Assembly: GCA_048884785.1 (NCBI GenBank)
Contig: JBHLQM010000004.1
Span: forward strand, 32,001 to 96,000
Origin: Candidatus Thorarchaeota archaeon
GTDB lineage: Archaea > Asgardarchaeota > Thorarchaeia > Thorarchaeales > Thorarchaeaceae
Direction: 5' to 3'
DNA length: 64,000 bases
Program-made: the position numbers and the translations under genes
Notes under the pieces: model-generated
Database searches by the model: none
What the model was told of the DNA's origin: nothing
The model's input: the letters and a program-made list of their open reading frames with translations, nothing else
In this document: piece by piece, positions 48,969 to 58,455 of the stretch
Layout: every line of letters begins with the position of its first letter
Numbering within the stretch: position 1 is the first letter of the stretch

Positions 48969-49841
48969 ATGAGTATCCCATTTGAAATAGGGAAGGGATC
49001 TGGTCATCCTCATATCCCTGTACTTGTTAATGGAAAAGGCCCATTCACATTCACTCTTGATACGGGCGCCGTACTGACTTCAATAACGCCTAAACTTGCG
49101 GCTGAGTTAGGCATTGAAATATATGAACGTGAAAAGGCGATGGCATCAGGAGTTGGTGGCGGTAGAATTGATGTCAAGTTTGCCACAGTTGACTCTATCC
49201 AGGTAGGCTCTGAAGTACATGGAAAGGACGAGGTACTTGTAATCGACTTCGATTCAGTCCTAGGGTGTTTCACTCCGGGAGTTCTAGGCCATTCCTTTCT
49301 AAAGAATTACCTTGTTCATGTCAACTACAAAACAAAGACTATGAATTTAATAAAATCAAAAGAAGGCAATCCCTCAAACTATAATGGTCTGCCTTGGATT
49401 GATTTTGAATATATAGCTGGTACCCATCTCATTACTGTTCCAGTATATATTAACAACGAAGGTCCAGTTCATCTCGTAGTTGACACAGGTTCTTCTGGAA
49501 CTGTTATAACTCCAAAGACGGCTGAGAAACTTGGCTTCACCAGAGAGAATAAGACTGCTGATGTTCAAGTCAAATCCCCCATTTCTGAGGGATGTTCCAG
49601 CGGATGTCAGGGCGTTGGTGGATTTGCACCTGGGTATGCAGTCCAAGCAAACGCGATTACCGCCGGCTCAAGGACTCAAGTAAACACAACACTTGCGGTA
49701 ATTGACCTCAATATAGTGAGTTCTTGTGGATCAACTGTCCATGATGGCATAATCGGCTATCCGTTTCTGAAGGATCTTGAGCTGTACATTGACTATCCGA
49801 ACAAAAGAATCGCCTTTGTCGATGAAATGAGTAACAACTAG
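48969..49841 (+). CDS. two-domain retropepsin-like (clan AA) aspartic protease
   Basis: LDTGA...GVLGHSFL and VDTGS...GIIGYPFL. Confidence 0.9.
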   Translation: MSIPFEIGKGSGHPHIPVLVNGKGPFTFTLDTGAVLTSITPKLAAELGIEIYEREKAMASGVGGGRIDVKFATVDSIQVGSEVHGKDEVLVIDFDSVLGCFTPGVLGHSFLKNYLVHVNYKTKTMNLIKSKEGNPSNYNGLPWIDFEYIAGTHLITVPVYINNEGPVHLVVDTGSSGTVITPKTAEKLGFTRENKTADVQVKSPISEGCSSGCQGVGGFAPGYAVQANAITAGSRTQVNTTLAVIDLNIVSSCGSTVHDGIIGYPFLKDLELYIDYPNKRIAFVDEMSNN

Positions 49842-49872
49842 ATTTCAACGTGGAGATGGCGAATCATTTAAT

Positions 49873-49890
49873 TGCCTCGTGAATGAGATA
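49873..49890. promoter_or_regulatory. third copy of the operator, upstream of the wHTH regulator
   Basis: TGCCTCG-tgaa-TGAGATA(GG). Confidence 0.6.
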
Positions 49891-49946
49891 GGTTTGCCAA
49901 TGTGAGGTGATTCGTCATTTCTTCCTCGAATAGCCATACCGGGCGA

Positions 49947-50621
49947 TTGAACAAGAAACTAAATCAGATTGAGGATTTCGTACAAATCATTAATCTCGAA
50001 TCTTGCCTTAGGATATACTCCTATCTTATGTTGTTTGGGAAGACAACTCCTGCTGAGCTGAGAGATGTAACACAGCAAAGCAAAGCGACAATGTTTCGAA
50101 ACTTGTCCATGCTATACGATGCAGGACTTGTGAAGAAACAGGAAGTGAAATCTGTGGAGGACAAGAGATACAGTCTTCACTATTACATCTCCAAAGATCT
50201 CATCGAGGCCGCAAAGAATCTGTACACAAAAGAGCTTCATGCGTTTGCAGATGCAATTGGCAAATCTGATCTGATTAGAGCATGGCTTTCTGCTATCGAG
50301 GCTCTACCTTTTCTAATGAATCAACATACTTCACAGATGATAATGCTCCTTGCACAGAAACCGAAGCTCAAACCAAAAGTGGAACGTACCGTAGTATCAA
50401 AGTTTCTAGTTTTCAGATTAGCAGACGCAGAAAGGATTGGTGAATTCCAAACCAAACTTCACCAACTAGTTACTGAATTTGATTCTAAGCATTCAATGAA
50501 AGATAGGGATTGGAAAAAGCCATTGCTTAGACCTGTGGCACTTGCAATTGGGATTGTATCGCTAAACCCTGATTCTCTCCCCACAGAGGATGCGACGATG
50601 ATTGAGATTGAGAAATGCTAG
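49947..50621 (+). CDS. ArsR/TrmB-like winged-helix transcriptional regulator
   Basis: TPAELRDVTQQSKATMFRNLSMLYDAGLV. Confidence 0.82.
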   Translation: MNKKLNQIEDFVQIINLESCLRIYSYLMLFGKTTPAELRDVTQQSKATMFRNLSMLYDAGLVKKQEVKSVEDKRYSLHYYISKDLIEAAKNLYTKELHAFADAIGKSDLIRAWLSAIEALPFLMNQHTSQMIMLLAQKPKLKPKVERTVVSKFLVFRLADAERIGEFQTKLHQLVTEFDSKHSMKDRDWKKPLLRPVALAIGIVSLNPDSLPTEDATMIEIEKC

Positions 50622-50634
50622 CTCATAGAAATTG

Positions 50635-52674
50635 CTACTTGAATTCAAGATTAATTCTGTTCATTATTGAACGACTTGACTGGCCAATCATTAATTCAAA
50701 AGTACCAGGTTCAATAACCCATTCATGCCTGTTTGCGTCATAATATGCTAGATCTTGAGCTTTAATCTCGACCAAAGCAACCCCTTTTTCACCCGGATTT
50801 AAGCTGGTTTTTGCAAACCCGACAAGTTCCTTCGGAGGTCTATCTACAGATGCTTCAAGATCGTTGGAATATACCTGGACAATCTCACTTCCAGGTCTTT
50901 CTCCAGTGTTTTCAATCTCCACTTCTATTGCTATACTATCCTTTGAGCCCACCATGATTTCCTTACTTGCATTTGCACTTTCGTATTGAAAATCAGTGTA
51001 ACTCATCCCGTAGCCAAAGGGATATAGAGGTTCAATATTCTTCTCGTCGAACCAGCGATAGCCAACATAGATTCCTTCGTCATAGTATACTTTTTTCTCA
51101 TCATCTCCAGGATATGTTCTCCTGGAACCAGAACTATGCGCAGGGGAATCAGCAAGTTTCATCGGAAAGGTGATTGGTAGTTTGCCTGATGGATTCGAGT
51201 CCCCAAATAGCACATTGGCAATCGCACGCCCTCCTTCCATTCCAGAGTACCAGGGTACTACAATTGCAGGAACCTTCTCTGACCAATCAGTCATCGCTAT
51301 AGGGCTGCCTGCAATAATAACAACTATTGTATTTGAGTTCGCTTCTGCTGTCTGTTTGATTAATTCAATTTGGTCTTTGGGCAGATCTAATCCAAGACGA
51401 TCGTATGTTTCAGAGTCCATTCCCTTGTCATGATTCAATCCAACAAATAGAATGGCAACATCTGCATCTGATACATCTGCAGCTTCCCTTACTTTATCTC
51501 CCATCTTCTCCCTAATACCTTGAAGGGGGGTTTTTTCGTATGGCGGTACCACTGCCGAAGAGCCTCCATAGAGCAGTCTTCCGAATTTCTTCTTTAGGTT
51601 TGGACCAAGTAGTGCAATGGAATCAAGCTCATCGAGATGGAGAGGAAGAATGTTTCTCTCGTTCTTCAGAAGGACAGTCCCTTGTTCTCCAATTCTTCTT
51701 GACAACTCCTGATGCTCCGCAGTGTTTAGTGCTCCTGAAGGTAGATCTTTTAGATCTTCAAAAGCCCCGCATAGATACATTCCTCTCAAATACCTACGAA
51801 CTAAATCATTCAGTGTTTCCTCTGTGAATTTTCCTTCTCTGAATGCTTCATGAAGGGATTTCATCTTATATCGCGAAGGAACTGGCATTTCAAGTGAGAG
51901 CCCTGCATTAATGCACCCGTCAGTAGTTTCAATTGGGCGGGATGCAAACCAGTCAGAAATAACAAAACCTCTGTATCCCCATCTCTTCATTAGTATATTA
52001 CGAAGAAGATACCTATTTTCACATCCATAAACGCCATTCACTTTGTTATAGCAAGCCATGACCGCCCACGGATCGGCTTCCTTTACAACCTCGCGAAATG
52101 CTCTCAGATAGATTTCATGAAGGGGTCTCTCGCGCACTTCCGAGCTTACAAATCTCCTGTCAATTTCCTGATTGTTAGCCGCAAAGTGTTTTATGCAGGC
52201 CCCAATGCCTTGACCCTGAACTCCGTTAACAAATGGAATGGCGAGCTCTTTTGTTAGGAAGGGATCTTCGCTGAAATATTCAAATGTTCTTCCGCAGAGA
52301 GGCGTCCTATCAATGTTAATTCCTGGGGCAAGAAGCATATGTCTGCCAATGGCTCGTACTTCAGATGCCATCGCTGCACCAGCTCTATGCGCAAGTGATC
52401 TGTCCCATGTTGATGCCAGAGCAATTGTTGCGGGAAATCTTGTGCATTTCCTAAAACCGCCAGAAAGCCTAGAAATCCCTAATGGACCATCTGTCATCTT
52501 AAATGCAGGAATACCAACGCGTTTGATGGGTTTGGTTGAATAGAGCCTTAGATATCCGGGACTTGTCAAGAGTTGGAATTTCTCTTTGAGTGTAAGCTTC
52601 GATAAAAGTTCGCTTGCTTTCAATTCAGCCTCTTTGGTGCTAGATGCCATGCATTGCCATAAGATGCTACGCAT
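50635..52674 (-). CDS. glycoside hydrolase family 3 beta-glucosidase
   Basis: TDGPLG, GRTFEYFSEDP, KHFAAN, nucleophile motif SDW, PSGKLPITF and a C-terminal Fn3-like domain. Likely start MASSTKE. Confidence 0.95.
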   Translation of the reverse strand: MRSILWQCMASSTKEAELKASELLSKLTLKEKFQLLTSPGYLRLYSTKPIKRVGIPAFKMTDGPLGISRLSGGFRKCTRFPATIALASTWDRSLAHRAGAAMASEVRAIGRHMLLAPGINIDRTPLCGRTFEYFSEDPFLTKELAIPFVNGVQGQGIGACIKHFAANNQEIDRRFVSSEVRERPLHEIYLRAFREVVKEADPWAVMACYNKVNGVYGCENRYLLRNILMKRWGYRGFVISDWFASRPIETTDGCINAGLSLEMPVPSRYKMKSLHEAFREGKFTEETLNDLVRRYLRGMYLCGAFEDLKDLPSGALNTAEHQELSRRIGEQGTVLLKNERNILPLHLDELDSIALLGPNLKKKFGRLLYGGSSAVVPPYEKTPLQGIREKMGDKVREAADVSDADVAILFVGLNHDKGMDSETYDRLGLDLPKDQIELIKQTAEANSNTIVVIIAGSPIAMTDWSEKVPAIVVPWYSGMEGGRAIANVLFGDSNPSGKLPITFPMKLADSPAHSSGSRRTYPGDDEKKVYYDEGIYVGYRWFDEKNIEPLYPFGYGMSYTDFQYESANASKEIMVGSKDSIAIEVEIENTGERPGSEIVQVYSNDLEASVDRPPKELVGFAKTSLNPGEKGVALVEIKAQDLAYYDANRHEWVIEPGTFELMIGQSSRSIMNRINLEFK

Positions 52675-52805
52675 GATATCAATGTTTGGAGCTCCAAAAC
52701 CTAGTATCTAGTATTTTGGTGGTCTTATTGGCTTTTTGCCAGATGAAGCGTCGCTTTAGGTGGCTAGTAGTGCAAAGAACCGATAAAGGGTGAAATAATC
52801 TGGAC

Positions 52806-53003
52806 TCAAAGAAGTCCCAATGAACCAAGTACCAAGAACACAATGAGCGATACTGGTTCAAATATGAGGTATAGAATATTCAATGGTCCTTCTAATCCAC
52901 CAGGCGAAATAGGGATTATATTTTGCCAACGCAAAATGGACCAGATAACACCAATTATCAAGTATGCCAGCACAACTATTCCAAGTTTCTTTGCAATACC
53001 CAT
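52806..53003 (-). CDS. small 2-TM membrane protein
   Basis: MGIAKKLGIVV start preceded by AGGAGA, with two hydrophobic segments. Confidence 0.65.
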   Translation of the reverse strand: MGIAKKLGIVVLAYLIIGVIWSILRWQNIIPISPGGLEGPLNILYLIFEPVSLIVFLVLGSLGLL

Positions 53004-53143
53004 TTTGGATAATCTCCTTCTCTCTAGTGCATTAGATTTGAAAATAAACTCTGTTCGTGTGTTACATTTTCTGATTTGAATTCCTATTTCGCCATTGTTA
53101 TTTAGTTTAAAAAAAGTCACAGATACAAGGAAATGATTTCAAT

Positions 53144-54109
53144 ATGGCCGAAATAGAGCTTCGTTCTCTGGGCAAGAGTGACCTGAAAGTAACACCAATT
53201 GGTTTGGGTGCAATGCAGTTCTCCGGCGGTAGAGGTATGTTCCGATATTTTCTCTCTGCACTTCCTCAGGCAACAGTAAATAATGTTGTTGAGGCCGCTC
53301 TGAATTCAGGAATAAACTGGATTGATACTGCTGAAATCTATGGCAACGGGGCATCAGAAAAGTCTGTTTCGGAAGCGCTCAGGGTTATCGGAAAGCCTAC
53401 TGGTGATGTGCTGATCACCACGAAGTGGTTCCCGCTGTTTAAGACTGCAGGATCTATTCCAAAATCCGCTTCAAAGAGTTCCAGACGTCTTGAGCCTTAT
53501 CCAATTGACCTTTATCTTGTCCATCAACCTTATTCTCTCTCTTCAGTTAGAAACCAGATGGACGGGATGGCGAACCTTGTAGATGAAGGAATAGTGAGGG
53601 CAATAGGTGTGAGCAATTTCTCCCGTGACAAGATGATTGAAGCTGCGGAAACATTGGAGAGTAGAGGTATTCCTCTTGCTGTCAATCAAGTTCGATGGAG
53701 TCTTATTGATCGAAGCATTGAGAAAAACGGTGTTCTCGAAGCCGCAAAGGATCTGGGTGTGACTGTTATTGCATATACTCCCCTTGGGATGGGCCTATTG
53801 ACTGGGAATCTTCATCGGAATCCAGAAGTAATGAACACCATGCCAAGATTCAGAAGAGCTATGCTGAAACGGAATCTGGAAAGGACCCGTTCCTTGATCG
53901 AAGCAATTGAAGCAATAGCCAATGAAGTCAATGCAACTCCTGCTCAGGTTTCCCTAAGTTGGGGAACCAACTTCCATGGTCCTTCAATCGTTGCCATTCC
54001 TGGTGCCAGTAAACCCAATCAAGCCATACAGAATGCAGGTTCAATGAGGGTTCACTTATCCCGTGAGCAGATGGAAGTGCTAAATGATGCAAGTCTTGGT
54101 TTGAACTAG
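53144..54109 (+). CDS. aldo/keto reductase
   Basis: IGLGAM, DTAEIYG, TKW, DLYLVH, IGVSNF and IPGA. Confidence 0.95.
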   Translation: MAEIELRSLGKSDLKVTPIGLGAMQFSGGRGMFRYFLSALPQATVNNVVEAALNSGINWIDTAEIYGNGASEKSVSEALRVIGKPTGDVLITTKWFPLFKTAGSIPKSASKSSRRLEPYPIDLYLVHQPYSLSSVRNQMDGMANLVDEGIVRAIGVSNFSRDKMIEAAETLESRGIPLAVNQVRWSLIDRSIEKNGVLEAAKDLGVTVIAYTPLGMGLLTGNLHRNPEVMNTMPRFRRAMLKRNLERTRSLIEAIEAIANEVNATPAQVSLSWGTNFHGPSIVAIPGASKPNQAIQNAGSMRVHLSREQMEVLNDASLGLN

Positions 54110-54144
54110 TGACTAGAATTGGAATTCCGATTAATTAACTAGAA

Positions 54145-55074
54145 TTGCTAATAAATAGAGTTTGGCGTATTCATATTGGATATAATGAGGAACTTGGAAT
54201 GACAAGGATTAGCCTTGAATATAGCAGTCGGAAAGGCACTATTTCAATGCCTCTTGATACTGCCTCAGATACCGTCAAACTTGGACGGAAAAAAATTTCA
54301 TCAATAATTCTTGACCCATTAAGTGATTGCAATAATCTAAGGCGAATTTGGCTTAACGATAATCATCTGACTTCACTTGACTTATCTCCTCTGAGCCATT
54401 GTGCCAATCTCGAGATTCTCAGTATCAGTGGGAATATTTTAGAAAGCATTGATCTAACACCCTTAAAACATTGCAAGAAGCTCGAGGAGCTCTATCTTCA
54501 AAAGAATAATCTCGAGTCAATTGAATTGGGTCCTCTGAAAGCAGCTCAAGATCTCCGCATCCTCTATCTCGATAGGAACCGAATAAAACGAATGCAGCTT
54601 GACCCCCTTGGCGAATGCAGAGCTCTTCAGGAGATTAGAGTCTGGAGAAATTTAATGCCTTCATTGGACATTTCGGTGCTTTTCTTCCTCCCTGAATTCA
54701 GGACACTTCATATCGAAGAAGACAAGATTTTGACAATGGATGTTCTTTTGAAGTATGTTTCAGAGCAAATGACGACAAATCTATTCATAAAAGACGCTCT
54801 TGAGCACAGAAGGATTGAGTGGCTCGATTACACAGCACTGTCTATCCGAAATGGATGGGCAGGGGTACGTTCTCGCCTCTTGGATTTGATTAGTAGAGTT
54901 CCCATGCAGTATGGTACCGCCCTAATCAGAGGGTTCTTTGAATCCACGGGAATTAATGATGTTCCAGCTGAAAATATTCCATTGCGAGAAGTCCTACTTT
55001 CCATTACTGATGACATCGAATCCAGTGATGCGCTGACATTAATTAGGCAGAAGCTGGAAAAACTGGATGCATAA
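54145..55074 (+). CDS. leucine-rich repeat protein with a C-terminal helical domain
   Basis: Same 22-aa LRR type (LDLSPLSHC, IDLTPLKHC). Likely start MTRISL near 54199. Confidence 0.88.
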   Translation: MLINRVWRIHIGYNEELGMTRISLEYSSRKGTISMPLDTASDTVKLGRKKISSIILDPLSDCNNLRRIWLNDNHLTSLDLSPLSHCANLEILSISGNILESIDLTPLKHCKKLEELYLQKNNLESIELGPLKAAQDLRILYLDRNRIKRMQLDPLGECRALQEIRVWRNLMPSLDISVLFFLPEFRTLHIEEDKILTMDVLLKYVSEQMTTNLFIKDALEHRRIEWLDYTALSIRNGWAGVRSRLLDLISRVPMQYGTALIRGFFESTGINDVPAENIPLREVLLSITDDIESSDALTLIRQKLEKLDA

Positions 55075-55109
55075 TCTTTCCAGACTGGCTTTATCGTTAT
55101 TTAAGAAAT

Positions 55110-55562
55110 TCATGCCACCTTTTCGAATACCAATTCAAACGATAGGGAACCGTCCGGTTCAAAATCTGCGAATCTCAACTTATCTTCATCCGTGATTTCA
55201 TAGGATATGAAACCCTTTTCGGGGCTTTTTGCCAGAACAAATACACACTTTCTCTCGGTTAATTCAGTTAAGAGGAATTTCAAAGGTTCATCCTTTTCTT
55301 CTGAAGCTACAAACTCCTTGTTAAAATGGCGAAGGAAGAATTGAACAGTGTCTGCAACCTCCACCAGTGCCATAATTTCGTAGATGTAAATCTCATCGCC
55401 CCTAATCCACCTGAACATACCAGTCATATTGCTGCGGGTTTCAATGGTCCATAGTTCTTCCACATAACTATTGCCGAGAGTGCCCCTCCATGTCCCGCTG
55501 AGAAACTGGAGGTCTTTTACTCTTGCGCCAACAAGTGGATTGGTTTTGTGTTTCATATTCAC
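55110..55562 (-). CDS. DUF6265-like beta-barrel protein
   Basis: LQFLSGTWRG...VEELW...MTGMFR...YE...LRHF. Confidence 0.75.
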   Translation of the reverse strand: MNMKHKTNPLVGARVKDLQFLSGTWRGTLGNSYVEELWTIETRSNMTGMFRWIRGDEIYIYEIMALVEVADTVQFFLRHFNKEFVASEEKDEPLKFLLTELTERKCVFVLAKSPEKGFISYEITDEDKLRFADFEPDGSLSFELVFEKVA

Positions 55563-55852
55563 ATTTCAGCGTTGGCGCAATTATATGGATTTGGTTGAAC
55601 GCTGGGGTCAAAGGAACTAGCTGAATCTATGATATTTTTGGCATTCAGTTAACAAAATGCACATCCATTTAGGAAGTCGTCCTTTTTGTTTCCCAATCTT
55701 CTAACAGGAATAAATATTCAGTTTTGATGTAACTACACTGCTCCAAATGGCGAAGCAAAGGCGACAGAATTCATTCTTTAATGGATTGTTGACTTGTTAA
55801 TCTAAGGCGAGGATTTGAAATAAGCTCAATCTCTGTTTCCGAAATTGTGGGG

Positions 55853-55880
55853 GAGGGGGGTGACTCCCCCTCTTTTTTTT
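55853..55880 (+). terminator. intrinsic-terminator-like hairpin with T8
   Basis: GAGGGGGG-tga-CTCCCCCTC-TTTTTTTT. Confidence 0.65.
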
Positions 55881-55916
55881 CTAGCAACCAAGGCAAAGAT
55901 ATGCTAGAAATGCTGA

Positions 55917-57143
55917 TTATAGAATCTCTCTCAACCAGTCAAAGATAACTATGTGAAGAAGGTTTAGATTATCTATTTGACAATGAGCTGCTCCTCCTTC
56001 CTCCTTTGTCAGAATCCTCAACTGCTTTTTCGGATTTGGTAGAAGCTCAAAGCATTTTTCCGTTTGCTTCAAAGTGATTTTTGCCTCTGATTCCCCGGCC
56101 ATACACAAAGTTGGGCAGGATATCTTTTTCGGGTTAGCACGGGCAAATCGCAAAAATCCCAATCCTTTGGCAAGACGTTTCAGGGTCTGGGCAATTCTGA
56201 CTCCAAATCTCCAAGCGATTTGTTCAAACACAATTTTACCAATCGGGTCACCTTTTCCGTGGCCGGACTGCTGTGCGAGTGCTGAGCTGAAAATGTTTGT
56301 TGTCGCTGGATTGGCTATTAGAGCTTTGATACGGGATTCATATTGTGCCCCTCTCAATACTATGTGCCCTCCCCAGCTAAATCCAAATAGAGCTAAATGG
56401 TTTTCATTAACTTCATTGCGATTCAGGGCATAGTCAACAACTGCCATAATTGGAATTTCAGACCTAGCTTCCAGAAAGAGACCTTGGTATGGATTCATCC
56501 CCTGACCCGGAAGGTCCACTGCTATTATGTTGTATCCCTTCTCTAATGCTGCAGGACCAATCATGAAATAGCAGTCTTCTGCGAATGTTTCAATTCCTCC
56601 AACTACTATCATTGTATGTTGTTCTTCTGTGCTTTTAGCAGATTTGCAGAAATAACCTGCCAGTGTCGTTCCCTGATATGGAACTTGAATAATTTCAATC
56701 GGAGGGTCAAATAATGATGCTGCATTCTCAAAGCAAGTTCTCATTTTGCTTGCGATATCATGAAAGAATGGACTTTGCGGATCCATGATGAATAACGCTG
56801 CACGATTATATGTGCATGCACGAAGAAAACCCGTCCGAGCTTCTTCTTGGTATCCCCTATGCAAATCATCAATAGCTTCTGCCTCTACTTCCTCTGCAAA
56901 TGTCATCCATGCTTTTTGCCAAGTCGAAAAATCCCCATCAGTTATTTGAGAAGCTACTTCGAAACACTCTCTTCGTAAACTGCCTTCAGTTGCCTCACGG
57001 CCTATAATCCATGAAAAATAATAGTCCATATCCCTATGGTTAAAGAATAGTTTTTGATCACTACGCTCAGCAATCGACGTTCGGGATTCATCCATGAAAT
57101 CATGCCGCCCGCCGTGAATCAAAACGATTTCGGATATAATCAT
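55917..57143 (-). CDS. alpha/beta hydrolase (FrsA / dihydroxypseudooxynicotine-hydrolase-like)
   Basis: DLPGQG, nucleophile motif GFSWGG and AAHCQ. Likely start MDESR. Confidence 0.88.
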   Translation of the reverse strand: MIISEIVLIHGGRHDFMDESRTSIAERSDQKLFFNHRDMDYYFSWIIGREATEGSLRRECFEVASQITDGDFSTWQKAWMTFAEEVEAEAIDDLHRGYQEEARTGFLRACTYNRAALFIMDPQSPFFHDIASKMRTCFENAASLFDPPIEIIQVPYQGTTLAGYFCKSAKSTEEQHTMIVVGGIETFAEDCYFMIGPAALEKGYNIIAVDLPGQGMNPYQGLFLEARSEIPIMAVVDYALNRNEVNENHLALFGFSWGGHIVLRGAQYESRIKALIANPATTNIFSSALAQQSGHGKGDPIGKIVFEQIAWRFGVRIAQTLKRLAKGLGFLRFARANPKKISCPTLCMAGESEAKITLKQTEKCFELLPNPKKQLRILTKEEGGAAHCQIDNLNLLHIVIFDWLREIL

Positions 57144-57223
57144 GACGCCGTTTTTGTTGCCAATTTGCTATTTACTTACATGAGCTCCCAAGGGTTATTG
57201 GCTCTGAATCTATCATTCTCTTT

Positions 57224-58132
57224 TCAAGTCAAATAGAACATACCATCTGCTGTGGTCCTGACTCTACCAGATACAAGCACATCGGTTTTTTGCTTCTTTC
57301 TTACTAGCTGAACTTTGAGTTGACTGGGTCTATTCATCTCATAGCCTTGTTCAATTACGATTACTTCCCCACCTCTGTGTGACGTAATGACATCATGCTG
57401 TTCGAGGTAGGCACCTAGCGGGCCTGCTGCGCTTCCTGTTGCAGGATCCTCAATTACACCTGCAGAGGGAGCAAACATCCTGGCATGTACATTTGAATCG
57501 GTATTCACTGTTTCAGTGGTAAAGATCAGCACATCCTGCGAAATCGCTCCTTCAAGGGCTTTAAGTATTGATGAGGGGTTTGGAGATGCCTTCTGAACTG
57601 ATGCCAGAGATTTCAATGGGATTATCAGAAACGCATTCCCTGTTGAAACAAAGCTAATTGGATAGTCTTCATCAATTGATTTCTCTGGAAGGCTAATTGC
57701 CTTCATTATAGCTCGTGGATTTTCCAATTCTCCAAGAAACTCCGGAGGTTTTTGCTTCATGCTGATTGTGTCCTTGCCTAGGAATTCAACACTAATTGGT
57801 CCAATCCCGAGTTCCAAGCGAAAATGATCGGTCTTTGAGTCGACAATCTTCTGCCGACGCAATACATAGGCGGTTCCTAGTGTTGGATGACCCGCAAATG
57901 GAATTTCAAGACCTGGTGTAAAGATGCGAACTTTGGAGATACAATCCTTCCTTTTTGTTTGAAAAACGAAGGTGGTTTCTGAGTAATTCATCTCTCTAGT
58001 AATACCCTGCATTTCTTCATCTGTCAGCTTCAGATTTGCCTCAGCATTCCAGAATGTAGCTAATTGGTTACCTCCAAAATCATATCTCTTATCAACAAAG
58101 ACCGAAGTTTGTACAAAGGGTATTTTTCTCAT
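57224..58132 (-). CDS. PhzF family isomerase
   Basis: GGNQLA, EMNYSETTF, RIFTP..EIPFAGHPTLG and EDPATGSA. Confidence 0.95.
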   Translation of the reverse strand: MRKIPFVQTSVFVDKRYDFGGNQLATFWNAEANLKLTDEEMQGITREMNYSETTFVFQTKRKDCISKVRIFTPGLEIPFAGHPTLGTAYVLRRQKIVDSKTDHFRLELGIGPISVEFLGKDTISMKQKPPEFLGELENPRAIMKAISLPEKSIDEDYPISFVSTGNAFLIIPLKSLASVQKASPNPSSILKALEGAISQDVLIFTTETVNTDSNVHARMFAPSAGVIEDPATGSAAGPLGAYLEQHDVITSHRGGEVIVIEQGYEMNRPSQLKVQLVRKKQKTDVLVSGRVRTTADGMFYLT

Positions 58133-58179
58133 TTAAAATCGCCTAGCATTCTACAAAGCTAACCTTCTACATAAATTTA

Positions 58180-58231
58180 GGTGCAAAGGCAGATTCTCGT
58201 CCGAATTGGTGCAAAGGCAGATTCTCGTCCG
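58180..58231 (+). repeat. perfect 24-bp tandem direct repeat
   Basis: GGTGCAAAGGCAGATTCTCGTCCG at 58180-58203 and 58208-58231. Confidence 0.95.
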
Positions 58232-58386
58232 CTTTGCTGAAATCAGAATCCTATCAGAATTGTGGTCAAGCGCAGGATGCACGAACTACACTTGAAGAGG
58301 CATTGAATATCACTGATTCCCTTGGGGTTGAAACGCTGAGAAATAAAATCACACATCGAATCAAGGAATTAGATCAACTTCTTTGA
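58231..58386 (+). pseudogene. orphan 3' remnant of a TPR gene
   Basis: Reads ALLKSESYQNCGQAQDARTTLEEALNITDSLGVETLRNKITHRIKELDQLL* and resembles the C-terminus of the 14937-16418 protein. There is no ATG start. Confidence 0.6.
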
Positions 58387-58455
58387 AAGATGAATCACCC
58401 TCTGACCAAGCAATGAAGTGCTTTGCAATTCCAAATGTAATTCTCCTGGGCTATT

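Noticed and set aside
58180-58231. Possible mini-CRISPR array
   Set aside because: Only two copies separated by 4 bp, with no spacer-length gap and no cas genes.
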